Origin: Rickettsia endosymbiont of Argas persicus
GTDB lineage: Bacteria > Pseudomonadota > Alphaproteobacteria > Rickettsiales > Rickettsiaceae
Direction: 5' to 3'
NCBI GenBank assembly: GCA_050920645.1
Contig: CP133316.1
Location: 819,801-883,800, forward strand
DNA: 64,000 bases
Both the position numbers and the translations under genes were made by a program. The notes under the pieces are model-generated. The model did no database searches and had not been told where the DNA came from. It saw only the letters and a program-made list of their open reading frames with translations. Positions 49,718 to 60,400 of the stretch are shown here, piece after piece; the first letter of the stretch is position 1; each line of letters begins with the position of its first letter.

Positions 49718-50195
49718 AAATAAGTTAAATACTGATCAATTTAAGGAACTAATTGATCAGTATTGTAATGAAATAAAAAAAGAATTTCGTATTCATATTT
49801 TTAACAAATATTCTTACTATGATTGTCCTAATTATGTTGATCCTTTAGATTTTCAAGAATCACTGAATCAAATTGTTAAAGGTTATAGATTCTTGATAGG
49901 TTACTATTCTAATTTCTATAACGTATTAAGCGAATATCAAGAATCTATATTTATGGAATTTTCTGATACTAATTTTATAAGATTTTATGATGATCATCCT
50001 GGATTAACATTAATCAGATTAATTGAGAAAAGAACTGATAACGTAAATATAGTTGTAACAAAAGACCAGAATAATATAATCAATTCTACATCTGATTATA
50101 AGACTGATAGTGAAATACTGGTTGATGTTACAAATTATGATCAAGAAAATTCTGAATTAAAATTAGTTGGAAATAGTACAGATAGTTCTGAATAA
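48768..50195 (+). CDS. Hypothetical putative effector, copy 2 (475 aa)
   Basis: Long ORF with its own native stop; C-terminal block differs from copy 1. Confidence 0.82.
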   Translation: MTKRKLDCVIKESIQINTINTKKKLEGNAEKGIIYQASSVSSIIYSDKNIKLLLKSYLPNANIEDIYLFKVIGDHVYYNFVNNLKTKLIYETKDKIVSDDKFYVIIEQSINQDQNISSAILLKLYNKNNKNQIKILPIVTSINGIEDALLLSEFRKDQELCTLKIKVDSIPDWFRENQSINVYLDNLIEVIKLSIEYKSPSKIPDDKIIEIMNTSYAEYEKIHQELLNRLELTDDEGIDQLSLVDKNQDEFVASSSIKKTVSWDPTVEDNEGHTIRRKKHKFKVKTKEKDEVEEYFEQCITSWNWDQKIWEERYFNTNKLNTDQFKELIDQYCNEIKKEFRIHIFNKYSYYDCPNYVDPLDFQESLNQIVKGYRFLIGYYSNFYNVLSEYQESIFMEFSDTNFIRFYDDHPGLTLIRLIEKRTDNVNIVVTKDQNNIINSTSDYKTDSEILVDVTNYDQENSELKLVGNSTDSSE

Positions 50196-50244
50196 CTTTA
50201 CTTCAAGTTATCTTAATTTTTAACAAGTAATATAAAGGTTATAA

Positions 50245-53118
50245 ATGAGTAGGGAAATTTCATTAGTTATAGAGTTGCTATCTAGTGCTATTGAAAAATA
50301 TTTTGCTAAAAACTCTCAGCTAGATTTAATTAATATCAAAAAATGGTTTAGTGAAAATATTCGTGGTGGTGATCGATTAATAGCTAATAGAAGTAAAGTA
50401 AGTGCCATATGGTTATATAAGCAATTAAAACAATATAAGTCTAATATATTAAATCAAAAGTTAGTTAAAGAAGTTTTAGACAAGCAATTAAAGTTAGAAG
50501 CAGCACAAATCGTAGATTATTTTACAAGTCAGCAAGATAGTGAAAAAATCATTTTATTATATTCTAAATATAAACAAGGATATAAATCATTAAAAACTGG
50601 ACAAGAAGTTCATAGACAAGTTAGCCAACTACGTAAAACTATAAAAAAATCTATAGCAGAACATTTAAAAATAAGTCTAGATATAAAAGAGATTACTGAT
50701 GCTCAATTTAAACAAAAAATATCTAATAAAATAGATGAACAAAGATTAGGTATAATTAAAGATTATCTAAAAGATATAGGATATAACAAAGTTATTCCTA
50801 ACATTACTATAGATGAAATAAAAAACATAATACGAGATAATGGGTTAACAGGTAGTAAGCTAGGAGAATATATAGAACAAATCTACAACCAAGAAGTAAT
50901 TCATGAGGTTATTAGCGATACTGAAAGTGAAGATACAAGTTATAGAACCAGTGATAGTAGCACAAATGATCGGACAGAATATAATAAACTAATTAAAAAG
51001 ATTAAACACAAGGCAGAAGAGCAATTAAAGAAGCCTATTAACAAAGTATTATTAGAAATTAATAATAATGCCAGTCAAAAACATGGACTTAGAATAATAA
51101 AATTATATGGTATTAATAATCTTAATATAGATCTAGAAGTTAATGAACAAGCAATTATCAATAAAGTATCGATCAAAAGGAATGGAGGTGGTAATAAACA
51201 AGACAATCATACTGTTCCTGTATCCACATTCCTTAAATCTTTAGAGAAAAATCTTAAAAATAAAAAGCTTACAGAAGTTACTATCAAGAATTTACTACAT
51301 CACTATGGAAAATACTTACAAGATGATATATTGAATCCTGAGCAAAGGAGAGAACCACAACACACTTCAGAATTTGACTGGATAAAAGATAAAATATCTG
51401 GCTTTGATAGTAAAAGTTTAGATCAGAAATTATCTATAGTTGAGAAATATATTATACCTTTTATATTTTACGAGTGGAATACCAGAGCTGAAGCTAGTTT
51501 TAGAGCAGTAAAGGAAGCTACAGCTTATGGAGTAGAGGGTAATTTAATAAAAAAAATAAATAAACAATTTAATGAATTAATCAAAAGTCTTAAGAAGGGA
51601 GAAATACAATCGATTAATAATTTAAAAGAAAAAATTAATGAGATATTACCTGAATATTGTAAATCTATAGATTTACCTCCTGAAGGTCAATTAACTCCTA
51701 AAAGGCTTGGAGTTGTTATCAGTGATGCAAGAAGATTATTTAAAATATGGTTTTCATTACTGGAGAATGTGGATAAAAATCTAGGACTGCGTTTATTTTT
51801 AGATAGTAATGGGTCAAATGATTATAAATTATTTAAAGAAGATTTTTTTGATAGGCAGAAATTTGGTGAGCAGATAATTGATTCAAAGCAACAATTAACT
51901 AGAAAACAAAAGCTGAGTTTAAAAAATAAGTTAAGTGAATATATAGCAAGCAATCCTAAGACAGTAGATTCTGGGTCTGAATATAGTGAATCTGATCAAA
52001 GTTCTTCATCTGATACTCTTTCGCCCAGAAGAGATGAAGATATTGATGTGATACTGGAAAGAGTAGAGCAAGCACCAATTAAAGTTGAATACACATCTGA
52101 TAAAATTAAACTAATACTTCAACATTATTTGCCACACAAAAACATAGAACAGGTTTATCTAATAGATGCTCCAGATCAATATCATAATTGTGTAGATAAT
52201 TTGAAACAACAATTAATATGGGAAACTAAAGATAAAGTAATATTTAATGATAAGTTTTATGTTGTAATAGAAAGATCTGATGATCCATCACAAGTATCTT
52301 CTGCAATTATATTGAAGTTATCAAATAAAGGAAATAAAAATCAACTTGAAATATTACCTGTAATAGATAGTATTAATGGTGCAAGAGATATACTGTTATT
52401 CAGTGAATTCAGAAAGGATCAAGAATTACGTGCATTAAAAATAAAAGTTGATTCTATTCCTGATTGGTTTCTTGAGCATAAGTCTATTACTAATGTATAT
52501 TTAAACAACCTGATAGAAGTAATAAAACTAAGTATCGAATGTAATGCTCCTTGTGAGGTTGGAGATAATAAGATAGAAGAGATAATGAGTGAATCTTCTA
52601 TAGAATATGAAAAAACACATAAGAGTATTTTAGATCAAGTAAGTAGAGTTAGCATTGGAGAGCAAGCTGGTACGAGTAGCATATTAAAGAGGAAAGGAAT
52701 AGGCAGTGATGCACCTGCAAAGAAAGTTAAATTTAATTTAGAAAATCTAGAAGAACACAGAGATAATATAGGTTTGCAAGCATCTGGCTCAAGTTGTTAT
52801 ACTCGTCCTTCTAGTAAAAAACGCCTTAAACGTGATCTATGTCAAGAAAAGGAAACTGAAGAGATATTTCCATATGAACCATTGGAAGAAAATATTGCAG
52901 AATCTTCTAAAATTAGTGCAAGACTATATTCACAAATAGCATATCTTGTAGCTTTAGAACAACTAGAATCTACTAACCCAAACATCAAGCCAGATAGTAT
53001 TTTTACTTATGTGGCTAATATAGGCGATATAATTAGTGAAGGAGAAATAAATCATAGTTTACGAGAACAGGAATTACTACAAACTCATTATCAAGCAGGG
53101 CACCGTCAAGTTAAGTAA
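50245..53118 (+). CDS. Large hypothetical putative effector (>=957 aa, 3'-truncated by IS6 at 53099)
   Basis: Long ORF; residues ~616-799 homologous to N-terminal domain of the 475-aa proteins; final GHRQVK* is IS6 sequence. Confidence 0.8.
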   Translation: MSREISLVIELLSSAIEKYFAKNSQLDLINIKKWFSENIRGGDRLIANRSKVSAIWLYKQLKQYKSNILNQKLVKEVLDKQLKLEAAQIVDYFTSQQDSEKIILLYSKYKQGYKSLKTGQEVHRQVSQLRKTIKKSIAEHLKISLDIKEITDAQFKQKISNKIDEQRLGIIKDYLKDIGYNKVIPNITIDEIKNIIRDNGLTGSKLGEYIEQIYNQEVIHEVISDTESEDTSYRTSDSSTNDRTEYNKLIKKIKHKAEEQLKKPINKVLLEINNNASQKHGLRIIKLYGINNLNIDLEVNEQAIINKVSIKRNGGGNKQDNHTVPVSTFLKSLEKNLKNKKLTEVTIKNLLHHYGKYLQDDILNPEQRREPQHTSEFDWIKDKISGFDSKSLDQKLSIVEKYIIPFIFYEWNTRAEASFRAVKEATAYGVEGNLIKKINKQFNELIKSLKKGEIQSINNLKEKINEILPEYCKSIDLPPEGQLTPKRLGVVISDARRLFKIWFSLLENVDKNLGLRLFLDSNGSNDYKLFKEDFFDRQKFGEQIIDSKQQLTRKQKLSLKNKLSEYIASNPKTVDSGSEYSESDQSSSSDTLSPRRDEDIDVILERVEQAPIKVEYTSDKIKLILQHYLPHKNIEQVYLIDAPDQYHNCVDNLKQQLIWETKDKVIFNDKFYVVIERSDDPSQVSSAIILKLSNKGNKNQLEILPVIDSINGARDILLFSEFRKDQELRALKIKVDSIPDWFLEHKSITNVYLNNLIEVIKLSIECNAPCEVGDNKIEEIMSESSIEYEKTHKSILDQVSRVSIGEQAGTSSILKRKGIGSDAPAKKVKFNLENLEEHRDNIGLQASGSSCYTRPSSKKRLKRDLCQEKETEEIFPYEPLEENIAESSKISARLYSQIAYLVALEQLESTNPNIKPDSIFTYVANIGDIISEGEINHSLREQELLQTHYQAGHRQVK

Positions 53119-55171
53119 ATTGGTTTCAAAAAGTACTATGTTTTTATATTTGTAGAAGTCAAGATTTGATCTTACAGACACTATAAATTTTGTACCTGAT
53201 TGTCAGTTAAGTTTTGACTGTCAGATATATAATCAAGATACAAGATTTCATTATTCTTTTCAACAGCTAATTTCTTACTATCATTAAAAGTTTGCATAGG
53301 AGTTTTTCCATAACAATATTTACCGGAATGAGGTCTTTCATTATTGAAATGCTCTAACCAAATATCAAGATCTAATTGTAGATCATCAAGATCTGTATAA
53401 ATCTTTTTCCGCATAGCTGTATCAAAGAATTCTTGTTTCATGGTTTTATTAAAACGCTCACACATACCGTTTGTTTGTGGAGAATATGCCTTAGTTGTAG
53501 TATGTTCTATACCTTCTATGCTAAGAAATAACTCAAAAGCATGATGCTCTATATTCCCCTTATATTCTGACCCACGGTCTGTAAGAATACGAAGTATTGG
53601 TATTCCTTGGGTCTCGTACCATGGTAACACGCGGTCATTCAGCATATCAGCAGCAGTAAGAGCTGTTTTATCAGTATATAGTTTAGCATCTGCTACCCTA
53701 GTATAGCTATCAATAAATACCTGAGAATAAACCTTACCGATACCTTTAAAATTACCTACATAGTATGTATCCTGACATCCTAGATAACCTGGATGCTGCG
53801 TTTCAATTTCTCCATGTGCTTCTTTTTCATTACGACGCTTCTCTAGTACTTGTAACTGAGCCTCAGTAAGAACAATACCATCCTGAGCCATTTTTGCTTC
53901 TAATGCTTTAAGCCTTTTACTGATATTGTTTAAATCATTACGTAACCAAATTGATCTCACTCCTCCAGGTGATACAAGTACACCAGTCTTTTTAAGCTCA
54001 TTTGATACTCTAAGCTGACCGTATGCTGGATATTCTATTGCCATATCCATTACTGCCTTCTCTATCGCTGGATCAACTCTATTCGCTATTATTGGCTTTC
54101 TGCGACTAATTTCATACAATGCTTCTTCGCCACCAGTTTCATACAGTTCTTTAAATCTGTAATAACTATCTCTACTATATCCCATCGCTTTACATGCTGA
54201 TGATATACTACCAAGGCTCTTAGCTAATTCAAGTAACCCCAATTTTGGCTTTATTATTTTTTGATTTAAGTTCATTATGACCTTCCATTTTTTTATCTGT
54301 ATTTTTTAATACATTATTTTTATTAAATGTAAGATCAAATGTCAACTACTACATTATATTTCAGGCAGCAAGAAGTCTTTGAGTAGCTTCGTCCCAAATA
54401 GATTTAGCGGATGCAAATGCAATTCTTTGCTCTGGTGCGGTTTTAGTATATCGTCCAACATTGACGGCAAATATATTTCTGACTTTGCCCATCAGTGATA
54501 ATATACATTGTGCTGAATTAGGATGCTTAAATTTAATCAATATTTTTTCCTTTCGTCGAGTTGGCTGATGAGCATTTTCAACACAGTTATTTAGTCTCTT
54601 ACTAGTACGATGTTCAGTGTTAGGACACATAAGCTTAATCGGTTTAATGTAACTCCTGAGCTTATCAGTAACAATTACTCTTGGAGTTGGATAATTACCC
54701 AATAATCTTGATAAAAAGCGAATAGCTGATTTCTTGTTACGACGCTTCTGCAATAATATTTCTAATTCATGCCCCTTGGAGTCAACAGCTCTCCATAATA
54801 TGAATACTTCGCCTTTGATCTTGATGTTCATCTCATCTAAATGCTATTTGTCAGTTGCTTTCCTCTCTCTCTTTCTGATGACAGCTTGAAAATAAATCGC
54901 AAATTTATTGCACCAAAATCTTACAGTCTCATGACTTAAAATAATACCTCGATACGCCATCTGTTCTTGAACATCTCGGTAACTATTATTAAAGCGATGA
55001 TATAACCATACTGTATGGCTAATGATGCTTGCTGGAAAACGATGTCTCTTCGGGGTTTGAGTAATATGCATAGCGTTAAGATTTATTGATAAATGGTTAC
55101 TACTATTCTATAAATCATTCCTTTCAATCGCTCAATACTTAAATTTACATCTCTCTTAACTTGACGATGCC
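53099..55171 (-). mobile_element. IS6-family element with TGG->TAG nonsense mutation, interrupted by IS481
   Basis: TIRs at 53099 and 55171; ORFs 54844-55071 and 54361-54831. Confidence 0.95.
53151..54353 (-). mobile_element. IS481-family element, intact transposase 53181-54275
   Basis: Near-identical to 41418-42620; flanked by TTATATT target duplication. Confidence 0.96.
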
Positions 55172-57486
55172 GTCTGCAAGTATATTGCGGCTAGGTTGCA
55201 TTTAGACCTAATTACTATTATTGCGGTGCAAGGTTGGTAACGATCTTGTGCTAAGCGCAATAAGAAGCCTAACTAAATTACTAATCTGGATGGGAAATAG
55301 GGGCAAGGTAAAGTTAAAATTGGTTAAACGAAAGTGAATCTTTGTATGGAAAATATCGTAAATATAAAAGCAGATACTCCAGATAATATCTGTTATAGGG
55401 ATGAAGCTGAAAAGCTTAACTGTAAGAAGGAATACGCGACCTTCTTTAAAAATGCCAGTTCCCCGGTATACAGAAGGTAACCAACTTAACGCATCTTTAA
55501 TTAGTGAAACGTGGTAAGCCTATTACTTGGCAACTGGTAGTAGGTAAGAGAGGTCTTAAAAAGCAAATGACACTAAGTCGAAAGACTACAGGAATAAATA
55601 ACTGGGTGTATAGGCACTATATGCTAATCAGAAATGATGCTGACTTAAGACTGGTGATTTACCCTAGGTAAGTAAACAAGATTATGAATTATTTTGGAAA
55701 AGTTAGATGCAAAACGCAAATGTAACAATTAAGACCAATAATAATAACTTTGAGAAAATTTATTGGCATGCAATAAATTGGCAAGAAGTTAATAAAAAGG
55801 TTAATAATCTTAGTAGACGTATCTATAGGGCATCTGCAAATGGTAACATAAAATTAGTACGTAGTTTACAGAAATTGATGTTAAAGTCAAGATCAAATAA
55901 ATTACTTGCTATAAGACGTGTTACCCAAATCAATCGAGGAAGAAGAAGCCCTGGTATTGATAAAATAGTTGTTAATACAGATCAAGAAAGGAATTTGTTA
56001 ATGGAGAAGTTAGCAAATAATAATCTATCATCTGTTAAACCGATCAAGCGTGTGTATATTCCCAAAAGAAAAGGCAAACTTAGACCTTTAGGTTTACCCA
56101 TTATTTTGGATAGATGTATGCAAGCTGTTGTTAAATCAGCACTTGAACCATTTTGGGAAGCTAAGTTTGAAGGTAATAACTATGGTTTCAGACCTGGACG
56201 TAGCACCCACGATGCAATACAGAGAATTTCTGCTATTGTCTGCCCTGGCACAACCAGGGGATGGATACTGGACGCTGATATTAAAGGTGCATTTGATAAT
56301 ATTAATCATAATTTTCTTTTGAAAATTATAGGAAATTTTCCAGCACGAAATTGGATTAAAGCATGGCTTAAATCTGGCGTAATGGAAGAATATCAATTCA
56401 CCAAAACAACAGTTGGAACTCCTCAAGGGGGAGTAATCAGTCCCTTACTTTTAAATACAGCTCTTCATGGAATGGAAGACATACTTAGCATAACTTATGA
56501 TAAATATGATCATCTCCATCCAAAATCTGAATATGCTTTAGTAAAATATGCTGATGATTTTATAGTTTGTGCAAAATCTGAAAGCTCTTGTATTAAAGCA
56601 AAGAAGATAATTAACAATTGGTTAAATATTAGAGGATTAACATTATCAGAAGAAAAAACCAAAATACTCCATATTAAGGAAGGGTTTGACTTTCTGGGAT
56701 TTAATATTCGTCAATATAATACCAAAAGTACAAGAAAAGGTGTAACACTACTAGTTAAACCATCCAAAGATACTATAAAATCATTCAAAAAGCGAATAAT
56801 GATAGAATGGAAAAGAAGTTTCTCATGGGAAATTGATAAAGTAATTGACAATCTTAATCCTAGAATAATGGGATGGTGCAGTTATTTTAACAAAGTTATC
56901 TCTAAGAGAACTTTTACTCAACTAGATCGGTGGATGTGGATGCGACAAGCAAGATTTGTTTGTCGAAGACATCCTAATAAATACTGGTGGTGGCTTAAGG
57001 AGAAGTATTGGGGCAGAATCAAAGCACGAAATGATAATTGGGTTTTATGGATAAAAGTAAAGATCTATATCTATGGAAATTACAATGGACAGCAATCAAA
57101 AGGCATATTCTAGTTAAAGGCAAAGCATCTCCTGATAATCCAGAACTTAAGGAATACTGGCAAAAACGTCAAGCTAGTAAACCAAAGTACTTCTTTAAAA
57201 CCAGACAGATTCTTTGGCGTAGACAAGAAGGTAAATGTCTTGTTTGTTTAGATTTAATAGATAATGGTGAAAATGTGCAAGTCCATCATAAAAGACCTAC
57301 AAAATGTGGCGGCACTGACCATATTAACAATTTGTGCTTATTGCATACAAACTGTCATAGGCAAGTACATAGCAAGCGAGGTCAACTAATTGCAGCTGTT
57401 AGTAAATTGCTTGAGCCGTATGCGGAGTAATTCGCTTGTACGGTTCTTTGGGAGGAAAGCACCAATATGGTGCCTACCTACCCGCT
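55172..57486 (+). mobile_element. Group II intron A1 (CL-like, RT+maturase+HNH), first 26 nt removed at IS6 junction; IEP 55707-57430 frameshifted at ~57045
   Basis: GTPQGG, KYADDF, HNH motifs; domain V GAGCCGTATGCG..CGCTTGTACGGTTC; domain VI ending CCTACCCGCT. Confidence 0.92.
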
Positions 57487-60400
57487 GTGCGACACGATGG
57501 CACTAAAATAAAGTCTGCAAGTATATTGCGGCTAGGTTGCATTTAGACCTAATTACTATTATTGCGGTGCAAGGTTGGTAACGATCTTGTGCTAAGCGCA
57601 ATAAGAAGCCTAACTAAATTACTAATCTGGATGGGAAATAGGGGCAAGGTAAAGTTAAAATTGGTTAAACGAAAGTGAATCTTTGTATGGAAAATATCGT
57701 AAATATAAAAGCAGATACTCCAGATAATATCTGTTATAGGGATGAAGCTGAAAAGCTTAACTGTAAGAAGGAATACGCGACCTTCTTTAAAAATGCCAGT
57801 TCCCCGGTATACAGAAGGTAACCAACTTAACGCATCTTTAATTAGTGAAACGTGGTAAGCCTATTACTTGGCAACTGGTAGTAGGTAAGAGAGGTCTTAA
57901 AAAGCAAATGACACTAAGTCGAAAGACTACAGGAATAAATAACTGGGTGTATAGGCACTATATGCTAATCAGAAATGATGCTGACTTAAGACTGGTGATT
58001 TACCCTAGGTAAGTAAACAAGATTATGAATTATTTTGGAAAAGTTAGATGCAAAACGCAAATGTAACAATTAAGACCAATAATAATAACTTTGAGAAAAT
58101 TTATTGGCATGCAATAAATTGGCAAGAAGTTAATAAAAAGGTTAATAATCTTAGTAGACGTATCTATAGGGCATCTGCAAATGGTAACATAAAATTAGTA
58201 CGTAGTTTACAGAAATTGATGTTAAAGTCAAGATCAAATAAATTACTTGCTATAAGACGTGTTACCCAAATCAATCGAGGAAGAAGAAGCCCTGGTATTG
58301 ATAAAATAGTTGTTAATACAGATCAAGAAAGGAATTTGTTAATGGAGAAGTTAGCAAATAATAATCTATCATCTGTTAAACCGATCAAGCGTGTGTATAT
58401 TCCCAAAAGAAAAGGCAAACTTAGACCTTTAGGTTTACCCATTATTTTGGATAGATGTATGCAAGCTGTTGTTAAATCAGCACTTGAACCATTTTGGGAA
58501 GCTAAGTTTGAAGGTAATAACTATGGTTTCAGACCTGGACGTAGCACCCACGATGCAATACAGAGAATTTCTGCTATTGTCTGCCCTGGCACAACCAGGG
58601 GATGGATACTGGACGCTGATATTAAAGGTGCATTTGATAATATTAATCATAATTTTCTTTTGAAAATTATAGGAAATTTTCCAGCACGAAATTGGATTAA
58701 AGCATGGCTTAAATCTGGCGTAATGGAAGAATATCAATTCACCAAAACAACAGTTGGAACTCCTCAAGGGGGAGTAATCAGTCCCTTACTTTTAAATACA
58801 GCTCTTCATGGAATGGAAGACATACTTAGCATAACTTATGATAAATATGATCATCTCCATCCAAAATCTGAATATGCTTTAGTAAAATATGCTGATGATT
58901 TTATAGTTTGTGCAAAATCTGAAAGCTCTTGTATTAAAGCAAAGAAGATAATTAACAATTGGTTAAATATTAGAGGATTAACATTATCAGAAGAAAAAAC
59001 CAAAATACTCCATATTAAGGAAGGGTTTGACTTTCTGGGATTTAATATTCGTCAATATAATACCAAAAGTACAAGAAAAGGTGTAACACTACTAGTTAAA
59101 CCATCCAAAGATACTATAAAATCATTCAAAAAGCGAATAATGATAGAATGGAAAAGAAGTTTCTCATGGGAAATTGATAAAGTAATTGACAATCTTAATC
59201 CTAGAATAATGGGATGGTGCAGTTATTTTAACAAAGTTATCTCTAAGAGAACTTTTACTCAACTAGATCGGTGGATGTGGATGCGACAAGCAAGATTTGT
59301 TTGTCGAAGACATCCTAATAAATACTGGTGGTGGCTTAAGGAGAAGTATTGGGGCAGAATCAAAGCACGAAATGATAATTGGGTTTTTATGGATAAAAGT
59401 AAAGATCTATATCTATGGAAATTACAATGGACAGCAATCAAAAGGCATATTCTAGTTAAAGGCAAAGCATCTCCTGATAATCCAGAACTTAAGGAATACT
59501 GGCAAAAACGTCAAGCTAGTAAACCAAAGTACTTCTTTAAAACCAGACAGATTCTTTGGCGTAGACAAGAAGGTAAATGTCTTGTTTGTTTAGATTTAAT
59601 AGATAATGGTGAAAATGTGCAAGTCCATCATAAAAGACCTACAAAATGTGGCGGCACTGACCATATTAACAATTTGTGCTTATTGCATACAAACTGTCAT
59701 AGGCAAGTACATAGCAAGCGAGGTCAACTAATTGCAGCTGTTAGTAAATTGCTTGAGCCGTATGCGGAGTAATTCGCTTGTACGGTTGTGTGTCCAGAGA
59801 GACTGTTATGTTCAGTAGGAGGCAAACCTACTAGATTAAAAGTTAGAGATCTATAGCTAGGATAGCAGCATGGCGAGAAATCAAGATGTTGGAACCTATC
59901 GACAAACTTATCTATAGGATAAGAGCGAATTATTAGGCCGTAGTGAAAGCGAACACATAGGTGGCCCCGAAAATGCGAAGCTCCGAAGGCCGAACTAGCG
60001 ACCGTAGAGTGAAGGCAATATGTTCAACTGAAAACTAACTGATACAGTTGAGCACTTCGGCGGGGTGGTAGTGGCAGCATGATAATAAGGACATATTAAG
60101 TGACTGGAGAAATCCTCCTCATCCCAGAAAGAAATTTTCTGGAGCAAGGTAGATTCTATAACTAGCAACACTAGGAAATGAATTGAAGATGAGAGGATGG
60201 CGGATGGGTGTGTATTAGCAGTGAAGCAGGGTAATGCTTGTGGAGCAAAGGCACCCTACTGATAACATTATTCCAACAACAAGGGAGGTAAAGACGAATG
60301 ATAAAAACGTCTATAGGATTACAAGACCTGAGAAGGAAGATATACATCAAAGCTAAAGCTGAGAAGCAATGGCGATTTTGGGGATTATATGTTCATGTAT

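Noticed and set aside
48768-53118. cifA/cifB cytoplasmic-incompatibility pair
   Set aside because: Sizes and order are suggestive, but I see no PD-(D/E)XK nuclease or active DUB motifs and no CifA similarity, and the two genes share a domain, which Cif pairs do not; kept only as an analogy
57038-57050. Programmed frameshift in intron A1 IEP
   Set aside because: Single T missing from a homopolymer relative to otherwise matching A2; mutation or sequencing error is simpler
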